Assembly (NCBI GenBank): GCA_976551045.1
Contig: CDPCPM010000016.1
Location: 20,336,001 to 20,400,000, forward strand
Direction of reading: 5' to 3'
From: Glaucostegus cemiculus
Lineage: Eukaryota
Length of the DNA stretch: 64,000 bases
A program made the translations under genes and the position numbers. Below, piece after piece: positions 24,223-37,515 of the stretch. Numbering within the stretch: the first letter of the stretch is position 1; every line of letters begins with the position of its first letter. A model generated the notes under the pieces. That model did not search any database, had not been told where the DNA came from, and was given only the letters and a program-made list of their open reading frames with translations.

Positions 24223-24617
24223 TCCCCATCCAGTTTTCAATCCCCATGAAAATGAAATTGACTCCCTTTTGTATCTGTGGATGGTTCCACTGACTCAGGA
24301 GCAACAATTCTCTGCACCTGGGAATCCTGTATTCATTTGATACTTGGTGTGAATGGTCAGGTAATTCCCTTCTATATTAGATGCTGTACCCTGTGCTGAG
24401 TGGGGCACTCCCTTTGGTGGTATACTCTGGAGAGTATGATCCAGGTAGTTCTTATCCTCTGCAATGCTGCAGTGAGAATTTGTTGCAGTACAAGCAGGAT
24501 TACTGGGGCAGAGGTTTAATTTTCATGCATTTGATGTCAATATGTCAAGTCTGGATTACAGAGGTTGTTAATGGCCTATGTATAGTACATTACAAGTGTT
24601 CACTCTAGTGTAGCAGT

Positions 24618-24905
24618 GGGCAGGCATGGTAGTGCAGTAGTTAGCATAATGCTATTACAGTGCCAGCGACCTGGGTTCAATTCTGGCCACTGCCTATAAG
24701 GAGTTTGTACATTCTCCCCATGTCTGCGTGGGTTTCCTCTGGGTGCTCCAGTTTCCTCCCACATTCCAAAGACGTATGGGTTAGGAAGTTGTGGGCATGC
24801 TATGTTGGTGCCAGAAGTGTGGCAACACTTGTGGCCTGCTCCCAGAACACTCAACGCAAAAAGATGTATTTCACTGTGTGTTTTGATGTACATGTGAGTA
24901 ATAAT
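24618..24905 (+). mobile_element. tRNA-derived V-SINE with Rex1/Babar-like tail
   Basis: A-box-like TGGTAGTGCAGTAGTTAG, B-box GGTTCAATTC, V-domain GTCTGCGTGGGTTTCCTCTGGGTGCTCCAGTTTCCTCCCACA; tail TTTCACTGT..GTACATGTGA. Second copy at 37255. Confidence 0.8.
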
Positions 24906-25065
24906 GAAAGAAATCTATATCTAAAATATAGCAGTGTAGAAATTGAATTGAATAGTACCTTGTTTTTATGTGCAAGCTGCACATAAAAGTGATTTGACTC
25001 AGGTTATTCACACCAATGATCATTTCATACCTATCAGGAAATTGCCCAGCCACCTCTGACTAGGA

Positions 25066-25163
25066 CGTCCTGATGCAGGGTTTTGACCCAAATCATCAAT
25101 TCCTTTCCTCCCACAGAAGCTGTTTGACCCACTGAGTTCCTCCAGCAGATTGTCTGTTGCTCC
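25066..25163 (+). mobile_element. Short PLE terminal fragment
   Basis: GTCCTGATGCAGGGTTTTGACCC..CTGAGTTCCTCCAGCAGATTG; degenerate hammerhead core. Confidence 0.7.
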
Positions 25164-25284
25164 ATGAGCTTCATGGAGTTCAGTACAGCAGAACTCTTTC
25201 TCTCATTAATGTCCCTTCAAAGTGTCATTCTGTTGAAATCTGAACCTGACTGGGCAGCTTCAGAACTGCTCAGACAGGGAGGGT

Positions 25285-25531
25285 TTAAGCTAACAGGGAA
25301 TGCATTCTCCAGAATACAGCTGGAGGGTAGTGAACCTGTGGAATTCTCTGTCACAGAAGGCAACAGAAGCCAAGTCATTAAATATATTCATGAAGGATGT
25401 AGTTATATTTCTTAATGTAAATGGGATCAAGAGATATAATGAGAAGACAGGGACAGCCATGATTGTGTTGAATGGTAATCCAGGCCTGGAGGGCTGAATG
25501 GCCTACGCCTGCTTCTATTTTCTATGTTTCT
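25285..25531 (+). mobile_element. CR1 3' end
   Basis: WRVVNLWNSLSQKATEAKSLNIF peptide and GGGCTGAATGGCCTAC..TTCTATGTTTCT tail. Confidence 0.8.
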
Positions 25532-25533
25532 AG

Positions 25534-25775
25534 GAGATGGACTATGACCTCACGATCTGCCTTGTTGTGACCTTGCACCTTATTGCACTGCATTTTCTTT
25601 GAAGCTGTAACACCTTACTCTGTCCTGTTATTGTTTTTACCTTGACTACCTCAAAGAACTCTGTAGTAATCCAATGTAACCACACTGTGTAATGAATTGA
25701 TCTGTACAATTGGTATGGAAGACAAGTTTTTCACTGTACCTCGGTACAAGTGACAATAATAAACCAACACCAATG
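25534..25775 (+). mobile_element. Rex1/Babar 3'UTR
   Basis: Homologous to 42195-42420; ends TGACAATAATAAACCAACACCAAT. Confidence 0.8.
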
Positions 25776-26012
25776 CCAGTACTCAATGGTGACTTCACTG
25801 GCAGCACTGGAGGTGTCATGATGGATAAACCTTTCCACCAACTGCAAGCCATAAGCGTGATGGAATACTCTCCACTTACCTAGGCAAGTAACTGCATTGC
25901 ATTTTGTAGATGGTGCAAACTGCAGTCATAGTACATCAGAGGGATCTGGGAGTGAATGTTTAGTATGGTGAATGAGGTATCAATCAAGCAGACTTCTTTG
26001 TCCTATTGGTTG

Positions 26013-26215
26013 GTGCATGGAATGCACTGCCTGGGGTGGTAGTGGAGGCAGATACGTTGGACAGGTTTAAGAGATTGTTAGATAAGCACATGGAAGAATG
26101 TGGAATAGTAGGATATGAGGGTGGAAAGAGTTAGTTTGGGAGATGTTTGTAGGAGGGCACAGCTTGATGGGCCGAAGGGCCTGTTCTGTGCTGTATTGTT
26201 CTATTGTTCTATTGT
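26013..26215 (+). mobile_element. CR1 3' end
   Basis: GCATGGAATGCACTGCCTGGGGTGGTAGTGGAGGCAG..GGGCCGAAGGGCCTG..(TTCTATTG)n tail. Confidence 0.8.
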
Positions 26216-27600
26216 CCTGGATATTGGCAAGCTTCTTGAGTGTCAGTGGAGCTGTAGTCATCAGAATGGATGTCCAAAGGAAAGATGATTGACTTGAAAT
26301 GTTAAATCTGTTTTCCCACTCCTCTGGTGCTTCCAGATTGGCTGCGTATTTCCAGCAGGTTTTGATTTATTTCAGATTTCCAGCATCTGCAGTATTTTAT
26401 ATTTCAAATTAGAAGAAACGACTGACCATACAGGATGGGCTGGGGACCTCAGAGAATGAGGGAGGGACAAGTCTGACTATTCCCATAGAGTCATCAGAGA
26501 CACTTTCTCCTCTTGGTACATTGCTGATGAACAATCTAATGGCAATCTCATGTTTTGTAAGGCTCTCTTCGCTGCGGTACACAAAGTGCTAGCGGAACTC
26601 AGTTCCCCGCTCTTGTGCCTGGATTGTTCTCTCAAAGGAGGTCCATGTTGCCTTGACTCTCAATTTCCTCACCACAGGATCTTTCCCAATGGCTGCAGCA
26701 GATCGTTGCAATGTTCTGCACAGCCCAGCACCAGAAAGGACAACGAGGGGGACTGTATTCATGGTGAGACCATTTCACCCTCTTTGATTTCAACAAAACC
26801 AGATGGCAAGTTGGACACTTGTACTTGCCAGCATTGCTGGCTTCCTGCAGCTGCAGGTGGCCACTGAGTCCACTCACGTGCCCAAACAGCACCCTTCCTT
26901 ATGATCACTCATGTTTCTGGGGAACATGCTCAGGGACATCACACTATCAGAGAATTTCCGCTGCCATCACTGTCAGAGGGATGGATTCTGGATACAACAG
27001 TAACATTGACTTCCATGGCTCCTGACTCCAATTATTATTGATGGAGAGACATTTGTTATAAAAGCCATGCAAAATCAGTCCACAATTCAGATAATATTAT
27101 CCCTTCCACTCCTGGATGCTTAACATATAAACATTGTTTGCCAGTAGAGAGCCCAGATGACACCTAATAATCCCTTGCATCCTCCTTTACCAGACTGCCT
27201 GCACGGATCAATGAATGAATCCCTGAACCCATGACTGAAATGGCTCACAACAGCCATTTCCAGTGGTGTGCAGCTCACCCTGACACATCCTGGGAGATCA
27301 AGAATTTCACTTCTCCTCGGCTTGCCAGCATGTAGATTCTCACACCTGGGGGAGATGGCTGGAGCCCCAGTGGTCATGTTCTTCCAGTGGTGTTCCAGTC
27401 AGTGTCTTGGCTCTCCTGCCACACGTGACCTCCCAGATACGATTAATCTCACCAATGAAGGTGCAAGGCTTCTGCTACATTTGGACACTTCCTTCCCTCT
27501 CCTCTGCGGCCTCTCTCTCCCCTCCAGAACAGCTAGTGCATGTATTGTAGTTATCATCATGAGGAGTGTGTCATTAGGTGTTGACAAATTCTCAGATTTG

Positions 27601-28839
27601 TGCACAGCACGACTGTTTCATGTTCAACGTCCTACCACAGGGCAGACGGAAAAGTCAGCAAGAATGGGATTCATTATGACAATAAAATTCCTCAAAGCAA
27701 TAAATCTACCCTTAGTATTTAATTTGAAACTCAAATGCACATACAATAGTTTGCCTTAAAAATAACGAGCACATGTGACATATAAAACTTGGTGATGCTT
27801 AAACCTGTTTATTTGATTCAATTTGAGAAATTCAAGCTTTAATTGTTAAAGAATATGAACAATGAAGAAGCTGCCATCAATTGACCCTGATCCCACTGGG
27901 ACCGTGCAGGTCCCATCTTAGCACTTGATTCTGATGTAAACCACCCTACCACTGTTTTTAACATTTTTCTGGTCAAGTTAGTGAATATTTGCAGAGTATT
28001 CAATTGTATATTGCTGCTGTACACAGCACATGCTTAGTACAATAGTAAAAAGTGAAATCCAACTTCTGGATGAGATAAAACTAGCACGAGCACCAAACTT
28101 TTATGAAAATCAAACTCAGTCATTCAATTCACATTGGTGTCATGAAAATAAGACCTCTTGTCCAAATGTACCTGCAAAGTGCAGGCCCATATACTGTTTT
28201 CCTGATAATGACAATACTCTATCACTACCTATGGAATCCTCATCCAACCATCTAGTTGTGGTGCCAGCCAACTGATTCTTTTTTGGATGTTCCATGACTT
28301 GGCTTGAAATGAATGACAACTTGGTGGTTGGGTTGGCTGAAGTACCAACTATTGCTGCAGTTTGATATAGTGGGTTCATCTTGTGGGGCAGGCTGTGTCT
28401 GCATGTTTTCTATAAATGCTGCTTCATTTAGTTCCTGTAAACTTAGAGTAAAACAATAAATCTATTACATTATTTGAACATGAAACAATTAGTCCATTTG
28501 ATGGTGTTATTGTGCCCTCTGTTACAATGGCACAGCATCCTGGTGCAATATCAGTCACTGCAATGCACACAATTGTTTCATGTTCAATGTTCTACCACAG
28601 GGAAGACGGAAAAAGTCAGCAAGAATGGGATTCATTATGACAATAAAATTCCTCAAAGCAATAAATCTACCCTTAGTATTTAATTTGAAACTCAAATGCG
28701 CATACAATAGTTTGTGCCTTAAAAATAACAAATAATGAGCACATGCGACATATAAAACTTGGTGATGTTTAAACCTGTTCATTTGATTCAATTTGAAAAA
28801 TTCAGGCTTTAATTGTTAAAGAATGTGAACAACAAAGAA
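27601..28839 (+). repeat. Dispersed direct duplication of about 270 bp (27601-27869 and 28564-28839)
   Basis: Long near-identical block TGTTTCATGTTCAA..AAGTCAGCAAGAATGGGATTCATTATGACAATAAAATTCCTCAAAGCAATAAATCTACCCTTAG..CTTTAATTGTTAAAGAAT at an offset of 960-970 bp. Confidence 0.9.
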
Positions 28840-28964
28840 CATTTTCTGAACCCATTCAATCCAAAATGAGTTATTAAAAGTAGAATTCTTCCTATGACAT
28901 TACAAAGTAGCCCACCTTGCATGTATAAATCGAGCTGGTCTATAATTCAGGGCTCCATGGTAGA

Positions 28965-31640
28965 GTCAGAGAATTGCATTTACGGCAACCCTCATGCCTA
29001 CCTATACTAATCCCACTTGCCTGCATTAATTCTATATCCCTCTATATCCTGCTCATTCAAGTACCTGTCAAGATGCCTCTTAAGTGTTGTCACTGTTCCT
29101 GCCTCCACCACCTCCTTGGGCAGCTCATTCCAGATACCAACTACTATTTGTGTGAAAAATTTACACCTCAGATCTCCTTTAGATCCCTTCTATCTTACTT
29201 TAAACTATGCCCCTTTAGTTTTAGATATCCCTACCATGGGAATCAGACACTGGTTATCTACCCTATGTATGCCTCTCATAATTTAATATATTTCTTCCAT
29301 GTCACCTCTCAGCCCCCTTTGCTCCAGGGTAAACAGACCTGGCCTATCCTGATAACTCAAGCCCTCCAATCCAGGTAACATCTTTATGAATCTTTCCTGC
29401 TCCCTTTCTAGCTTAATAAAATCCTTCCTATAGTGTCGTGACCAGAAAATGCACCGAATACTCCAAATGCAGCTGAACCAACGTTTTGTACAACGTTACA
29501 TAACGTCCCAATTCTTACTCAGTGTCTCAGCTGATGAAGGCAAGCATGCTATATGACTTTCTACCTGCATTTCCATTTTCAGGGAACTATATACTTGTAC
29601 TCCCAAGGTCTCTCTGTTCAACAACACTCCCTAGGGCACTGCCATTCACTGTGCATGTCCTGCCCTGGTTTAACTTTCCAAAATGCATCACTTCACAATT
29701 GACCAAAGTAAATTCCATCTGCCATTCACTTGTCCACTTTTCTAGTTGATTTATATCCTGTTGTAACTTTAGACAACCTTCTTCGTTGTCCACCGTACCA
29801 CGAATTTGGTGTCATCTGCAAACTTACTATTCATGCCACCTACATTCTTATCCAAATCAGTAACGCATATGACAACAGGATCCCTGCAGCACACCACTGG
29901 CAACAGGTTTCTAATCTGAAAATCAACCCTCCACTACCACCCTCTGCCTCATACCATATTCCTCAAAGCCCCGCCCCTCTATATATCTATCCAAGTGCTT
30001 CTTAAATGATACTATTGTACCTGCCTCAACCACTTCCTCTGGCAGCTTGTTCCATACACTCACCACCCTCTACATGAAAATGTTGCCTCTCAGGTCCCTT
30101 TTAAATCTTTGTCCTCTCACCCTAAATCTATGCCCCCTAGTTTAGGATTCTTCTACCCTGGGGAAAAGACTGTACCATCCACCTTGTCTATGCCCTTCAT
30201 GATTTTATAAACCTCTGTGAGGTCACCCTTTATTCTCCTATGCTCCAAGGAATAAAGACCTAGCCTGGCCAACCTTTCTCTATAACTCAGGCCCTCTAGT
30301 CCTGGCAACATCCTTGTAAATCTTTTTTGCACTCTTTCTAGTTTAACCATACCTTTCCTATAAAAGGGTGACCAAAACTGTACACAGTACCCCAAGTGCA
30401 GCCTCACCAATGACTTATACAATTGCCACATAATGTCCCAACTTCTCTACCCAGTGTCCTGACTGATGAAGGCCAGCATACTAAACACCTTTTTCACCAC
30501 CCTGTCTACCTATGATGCCGCTTTCAATGAACTATGCACTTGTACTCCTAGGTCCCTATGTTCCATAACACTCTCTAGTGCCCTACCATTCACAGTACAA
30601 GCCCTACACTGATTTAACTTTCCAACACGCATCACCTCAAAAATATCTGTATTGAAATCCATTTGCCACTCCTCAGCCCACTTCCCTAACTGATCAAGAT
30701 CCCCCTGTACTCTACAATAAACTTCTTCTCTAGCAACACCTCATAATTTCATGTCATCCACAGATTTACTGATTTGCATCCAAATCATTTGTATAAATAA
30801 TGAATAGCAAGTGTCCCAACACCAATCTCTGTGGCACATCACTAGTCGCTGACCTTCATTCTAAGAAACAGCTAATTACAATCCTATTATTCCTACACCT
30901 ATCTGTGATTTCCCTATGTATTTGCTTCTCTAATTCTCACCTATAGTATAATCCCATCAATGTGATCACCCTTTTCTTATTTTTAAGTTTTACCCACATG
31001 GGCTCACTGTTTGCTCTCTCCCATGATATCCTCTCTAAGCACTGCTGTGATGTCCTCCCTAATCTATAGTCTAACTCCCCCTAATTTCTCACCTCCACCT
31101 CTGTCATACTAGCAGCATCAATATTCGCAGAACATTGAGCTGCTAGTCCTGCCCATTCCCCGATCATATTTCTGTAATAATATCACAATCCCATGTGCTG
31201 ATCCATGCTCTGAATGAAGTGAGGCTTCTTGCATTAAAAGTTAATGCAGTTTAGCCTATCAGCTCTTCCACAGTCCCTGCCTACTGAATTTGCTTACTCT
31301 AACCTCTATATTTGCTTCACCTTCCTCATTTGTTGGACTACTGCTTTACATCCTCCCCCATCCCTGCACCAGACTAATTTAGACTCACCACAATAGCACT
31401 AGCAAATTGCCCTGCAAGTACATTGGTCCCCCTCTGGTTCAGATGATACCCATTCCCCTTGTACAGGTCACCTCTGCCCCAGAAGAGATCCCAGGTAGCT
31501 GAAGCCCTCCTGGCTGCACCAGCTCTTCAGCCACACATTCATTTGCCCTATCCTCCCATTCTTATGCTTGCCAGCATGCAACAAAGGGAGTGATTGTGAG
31601 ATTACAGCACTAGAGGTCCTGCTTTTTAACTTGCTTAACT
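28965..31640 (-). mobile_element. Composite of two CR1 copies; the longer, deleted copy retains APE-region and ORF1 esterase remnants
   Basis: Peptides LQQDINQLEKWTSEWQMEF..VMHFG and LYKSLVRLHLGYCVQFWSP; SRTSSAVISQSLP..QMNVWLKSWCSQEGF (31468-31640) resembles the CR1 ORF1 SGNH-esterase segment. Confidence 0.8.
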
Positions 31641-32549
31641 CCCAGTATGTGCTAATATTGGTACAAATATTTCCAGATTGCCTACTGTCAGACAATGCAA
31701 CACAATTTGTCAGTTCTTGAGTCACCAGTGGGATCTCTCTCCATAGTTACTGTAGTGAGAGACTTCTGATCATAAGGGAAATTAACTCTCAAAAACAGAT
31801 GGACTTGGCTTGGTGGGAAGAAAAATAGAAAATGTAACAGACTTTAAACTGGCATTTTCAGTTTGATGCTCCCTCCAAACATCTCATCTGTCCCTCTAGT
31901 CTTTCCTTTTCCTCCATCTCTCCACCTGAATCCTTCTCAAACTCCCATCTTTCCATCTAATTTCTGCCTGAGCTTGCCATTATTTCTTCCAATGTCTGTC
32001 TTTCTCCCACTGGATCACCCTGACCCTCCAGAGTTTTTCTCTACTATCTACAACTCAGCTCAACATCTCTTCCTTGGACAGTTGGAAGACTGCCTGCTCC
32101 TGAGCTGGGGCCAGTCTTTGTCTGACAGGGAGCCAAGCTGGTCCTGAGAGTAGAGCTGCTTTCCCAGCCCAACTACCCTCTGTCCCTCCCTCCCAGGCAG
32201 CCTTCGGACAATGTCTAATTTGCTACCATGTTGTTACTCCAGTTTTCAGTACACAGATCAACAAGCAAACATCAGAGATATTTTTCACTCTTTTTGTTAG
32301 AAGAAATGAATGAAGCATACAATAGCTTTAAGATGTTAACTCTGAAATGGGGAACATTTTAAATATGCTTTGAAATCATTGCTTACAGTATTTGGTTTGT
32401 CTGTGTGGGTTGAAATTAGACATCATGGTCTCTCATCTGCAATTTTCTCACCCCTTACAAAACATTGCATTCCACATCTTACAGCAGGGTATCCCACAAC
32501 AGGCTAAATTTCTTTCAAAGTATAGAAACAGTATTCTCTGGTCTCTCAT

Positions 32550-32885
32550 GGAGTTCTACAGCACCAGAACAGGCTCTTCAGCTCACCAAGTCCATGATGA
32601 TCATCAAGCATCTATTTGCACTCCTCCTATTTTTTTCTCTTCTCACATTCCTATCAACACCCCCATATTCTATAACTCTCTTACATACTAGAGGCAATTT
32701 ATAGTGGCCAACTAACTTAATTCACATCTTTGGGATGTAGGAGGAAACCACAACCCCCTTGGGCAAACACATGTGGTCACAAAGGGAACATGCAGACCCC
32801 ACCCAGACAGCATCAGAGGTCAGAATTAACCCTGTTTGCTGGAGCTGTGAGGCAGCAGCTCGAGTAGAAGCACCATTGTGCCGTT
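32550..32885 (-). mobile_element. V-SINE (HE1-like) with CR1-type tail
   Basis: Reverse complement has a GGCACAATGGTGC..CTGCTGCCTCACAGCTCCAG head and a GGTTTCCTCC..CATCCCAAAGA V-domain; homologous to 52112-52433. Confidence 0.7.
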
Positions 32886-35526
32886 ATGTGATAATTCTAC
32901 TGATACTTCATAAATGAAAGTGCACATTGTTAAACTGACTGAAATAATACACTATTATTTACCTCCAGTGTGCAGAAGCTTTCAGGTATTCTTTGCTTAG
33001 TACCATGCTGCAACTTAGTTTATTTGATAGATTGATAAAACCCAACAATGTACAACAAGGTTCCTGTGACAGGTCCGTCAATAAATCCACTGGTTCAAGT
33101 CAGAATGTATAGTACCACTTAAGTTCTCAAGTTATATGATTCATTCACAGCTGCACATCATGCATTGCTGGCTGTACTGACACCTCCTCCTGGTAAAAAA
33201 ATAAACAAGACTTGACTAAGTGGAATTAACTTCCCCTCGTAAGCCCCACCTGACAATTAGAATCACACAGCTTGGAGCGTGTTTCCGGGAATTAATACAA
33301 CTTGAAATTCAGATGACATTGATACATTGCTCACACTATTAATAATACAGTCAAATACAGTGCTCCTTCCAATAGCACTGGCAATACCATCATCAGTCTA
33401 AGCAGAATCCAGACAACTTTTCACTTAAAGGGTCAATGTCTTAATTGGAAATTATTTCCACATGATTCCTTCAGATGACCTTATCTGTTCTGGTTTATCT
33501 CCCATTAACATAAATGGTTGATCCAAAATTCCCTTGGGAATTCTGCCAGACGCCTACTATAAATGCAAGAGCAATGCAGTGGAATGCACCAAAAAAAATG
33601 GCACTTGTTCCAAGTTCCAGCTATTTCTGTGAGTTTTGTTTTGTCTGGTTTTGTGAAGGCCTGAACTGACATTTTTTCAGTAGACTGGCCTTCCCATGTT
33701 TTGCAGTGATAACAGATTTGACAAATTCTGTATCTTTTTAACTTTCATCGGTTTTGTGCTTATGAGATGCTCACTAAGAGAGAGTTAGACAACTGACTAA
33801 TGTTATCCTTTCACCTCTGGGCCCTGGGTCAGTCTGAGTGAAATCTTTCTGTCTACAGGGTGCATAGATTCAGGATGTGTATGTTCTATATGGACTTTCA
33901 TGAAATATGGCATCATCACAATTCTTAGTTGGTTACTATTAAAATTTAAAATTCTATTTGATCAATTGGTAGGAAGGGGGCAAGCCTCCATTTGACTTCC
34001 TTGTTGTACTCTGACACCCCTGTGGTATGTGTCAAGGGAGATGGTGGTGAGGGTGGATGTGGGTGGGGGATAATTAAATATAAACTGCTGCTCTTGTTTT
34101 ACTTGTAAAAATTGAGGAGAAATCTTACTGGTCTAGTTAAAGGAATTATATTTCTCTGGAGCAGCTTAGAGAAGTACATATAACTAACCTATTCTTGTTC
34201 ACTCTCACTGATACATTTTAAAATCCTAAATCAAATCAACAATCTTCAAAAGTATTCAATGCTTCAATTGAAAAATGCTCATCCCTTTATTTGGTGAATA
34301 CTCAAGCTGCTGGACATCTCCTCCCCCACCTCCCACCAAATAACTTCCCCTTGCCCCCAAAACAACATTTTCTCACTCCTATTCCTGTTTCGTCAGAGAG
34401 TGAAGAGCTCCCTCTGGTCTTTTATGCTTTGGAAATGTTTACCTAGGTTCACCCAAGACATAAAATGAGGAAAAATTTTTAAGAGCCACATGATCTGTAT
34501 ATTACTTTGTGATGAAACATAAATTTGTTTAGGAAATGTTCCTTCATGCTTTCTTCTGAGAGAATACCAATGGTGGCCACAGATCAAGAGCACAATTGAA
34601 AGAATGATGGGAAAATAATAACCCCAGGGTAGGACATTACAAACAGGAAGGGTGTCAACAGGATTTTAATGCAACTGCTCTGGAAAGTAGTGTCGCTGCT
34701 TCACACTCTTTGATCTGTAAATATTAAGAGTTCTGCTGCACAAGATAAATGTCCCATGACTGCCAATTGTTTGTTATGCTAGATTTCTTAATGAGATGTG
34801 TTCAGATCCTGTTTGTAAACATCGAACATGTAATCCATAAAAGTTGTACAATAACAGTAATATTACTCTTAAAAAGTCTACTTGCATGGATGCCTTTTTA
34901 ATTCCATATACTTTCCTGTTATCTTTCATAAAAGTATTATTGTTCAAGCAGACTTTGTTTTAGTTACGCAAGTTGCATCATTAAGGGGTAGTGAGCAGTG
35001 TGTTATTTTGTTAGTTAATTTGGCCCTCACATTGAAGGCATTATTCCAAAAAGGGCCTGTTTGAAAAATAGTGAAGATCACTTAAATAGGTGGTCTTGAT
35101 GATGTCATGGATAGGTGGTCCAAATTCATTTCCAAGTTAAATATAACAACATTACAACAGTCTAGTGCTGTTTTAGTCACTGACATGACCTATGAGAGGA
35201 ATACATGTCTGTATTTATTTGTAATGCACACAGGAAACACAATAGCCTAGAAATAACACCAATATTGTTGTTTTAAGGAAATTGTGGAATGTTTGAACTT
35301 CTCCCTGTGCCTTAACTCTCGCTGTGAATGTAGTCCAAATTCCAGGTCTTTGGACATTGTAATTAACAGAAACTAGTGTCTCCTCCACCATTGGACAAGG
35401 GTAACTGACCCATGGGACCAGCATTATCTTAAGAGGGCTGGTATATGTACTCAAGGCATTCAGGCATTCTGGGATCAATTGCCCCTTGTGTTTACAGTTT
35501 TTGGCCCAGGGTAGATCTGCAACTTT

Positions 35527-36116
35527 GACGAGATGGTTGTCCACCTCTTTGCGGGCTGTAGGTTTGTGAGGAGGGTGTGACGAAAGATGCAAGGGTCCTT
35601 GTCACGGTTCGTCCCCAGCAGCTGTGTAACAGAGGATTCTCTGATCTATGGGCTGTTCCCGGGGACACACACAGAGATGGACATAAACTGCTGCTGGAAG
35701 GTCATCAACTCGGTGAAAGACACACTTTGGTCTGCTGGAAACTTGTTGGTCTTCAAGCACAGTGAGCTGTCCGTAGGAGAATGCTGGCACATTCCAAGCT
35801 GTAGGAGTACGTGCTGAGAGATGCACTGAAGCTAGGTACAGCCAACACAAAGGCTCGGTGGGGAAGGGCTACAGTTTAGGGTTCTTCTGCCACTGGAGAG
35901 GGAGGGTCAGGGTCAGATGAGAAAGCCCCTGAATATTGTAAATACAGGCCCAGGTAGCCCCCAGGGAGCCACATGTGTGGCATCAGTGCTATTTTGTTTT
36001 ATATACAAAGGTAACACTAATGAATGATCTGTACAAGAATGTAAAGGTTTGCACTGTTTTATAATTGTATATAGTTTGTCTTTTATTATGAATAAAGTTT
36101 ATTTTGTTTAAAAAGA
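35527..36116 (+). mobile_element. 5'-truncated Tx1/L1-clade LINE with 12-bp TSD
   Basis: TSD ATCTGCAACTTT at 35515-35526 and 36117-36128; peptides DEMVVHLFAGC..VTEDSLIYGLFPGTHTEMDINCCWKVINSVKD; AATAAA at 36091 and a short A tail. Confidence 0.85.
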
Positions 36117-36199
36117 ATCTGCAACTTTTACTTGTGTCCTGGACCCATCTGGTGGATTTCTAGAGCATCTCAGAAATGACTCAAAGTTAAGGGGAGATT

Positions 36200-37086
36200 T
36201 TGCCTAACAAATCTGTTAGAATTTTTTGAGGTAACAAGCGGATTAGACAAAGGAGAGATGATGGATGTTGTTTACTTGGATTTTCAGAAGGCCTTTGACA
36301 AGGTGCCTGAAGCTGCTAAACAAGATATGAGCCTGTGGTGTTAGAGGCAAGGTACTAGCATGGATGGGAGATTGGCTGATTGGCAGAAGTCAGGCAGTGG
36401 GGATTAAGGGATCCTTTTTGGGAAGACTTCTGATGATGTGAAGTTCTGCAGGGGTCTGTGTTAGGACCACTGTTTTTCACTTTATACATCAATGATCTGG
36501 ATGAAGGAATTGATGGCGTTATGGCCAAGTTTGCAGAGGATACCATTTTAGGTGGAGGAACAGGTAGTGTCGTGGAGGCAGGGAGTCTGCAGAAGGACTT
36601 GGACAGGTTGGGAGAGTGGGCAAAGATGTGTCAGATGGAAAACAGCATAGCAAAGTGTGGGGTTATGCACTTTGGTAGGAAGAAAAAAGGCATAGACTAT
36701 TTTTAAATGGGAAAAAAATCAGAAATCAGAGGTGCAAAGGGAGTTGAGTGTCCTGGACATGGAGAGATGTTTCCATTAGTAGGATAGTCTACAATCTAAG
36801 GGCACAGGCTCATAATGAAGGATGTCCCTTTAAAACTGAGATGAGGCAGAATTTCTTCAGCCGGAGGGTGGTAAATCTGTGGAATTCGTTGGCACAGAGC
36901 TGTGGAGGCAGTGACTAGGTGTATTTAAAGCAGAGATTGATAAGTTCTTGATTGGTAAGGGAGTTAAGGGTTATGAGGAGAAGGCAGGAAAGTGGGGTTG
37001 GGAAAAAAGTATCAGCAATGATTGAATGGCAGAGCAGACTTGATGGGCTGAATGGCCCAATTCTGCTGCTATATCTTATGGTCTTA
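36200..37086 (+). mobile_element. CR1 RT fragment plus 3' end, internally deleted
   Basis: VYLDFQKAFDKV; LGPLFFTLYINDLDEGIDGVMAKFAEDT..LQKDLDRLGEWA; (TCTTATGG)n-type tail. Confidence 0.85.
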
Positions 37087-37254
37087 TGATCTTAAGACCA
37101 CACTTAATCCTGTTTCCAACAAACTGCAGCACAAATATAAGAGGAAGATGGGTAAAAGGAGTGCCCACACTGCTCTCCTGGAGACTGAAATTGTCTCTGC
37201 AAGTTATAACAGTGAAATGGGGTAAGAGAGTTTGTTTCAGGGCAGGCACTAGAA

Positions 37255-37515
37255 CAGCGCCAGTGACCCGGGTTCAATTCCAGCCACTGTCTGTAAGGAG
37301 TTTGTACGTTCTCCCTGTGTCTGCGTGGGTTTCCACCGAGTGCTCCGGTTTCCTTCCACATCCCAAAGACGTATGGGTTAAGAAGTTGTGGGCATTCTAT
37401 GTTGGCACCGGAAGCGTGGCGACACTTGCAGGCTGCCCCAGAACACTCTACACAAAAGCTGCATTTCACTGTGTGTTTTGATGTACATGTGACCAATAAA
37501 GATATCTTATCTTAT
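37255..37515 (+). mobile_element. 5'-truncated V-SINE with Rex1/Babar-like tail
   Basis: Aligns by eye with 24657-24905; ends GTACATGTGACCAATAAAGATATCTTATCTTATC. Confidence 0.8.

Noticed and set aside
24618-24690. tRNA gene
   Set aside because: The A/B-box-like head continues into a SINE body; no complete cloverleaf.
10790-25163. Recurrent short repeats as a CRISPR-like array
   Set aside because: Dispersed, irregularly spaced and TSD-flanked; these are PLE termini in a eukaryotic genome.
26420-27030. GC-richer segment with several short ORFs
   Set aside because: Probably a very old LINE 5'/ORF1 remnant; I could not assign it or find splice support.
27268-27759. 163-aa plus-strand ORF
   Set aside because: No recognisable motif; runs into the duplicated block, whose second copy does not keep the frame.
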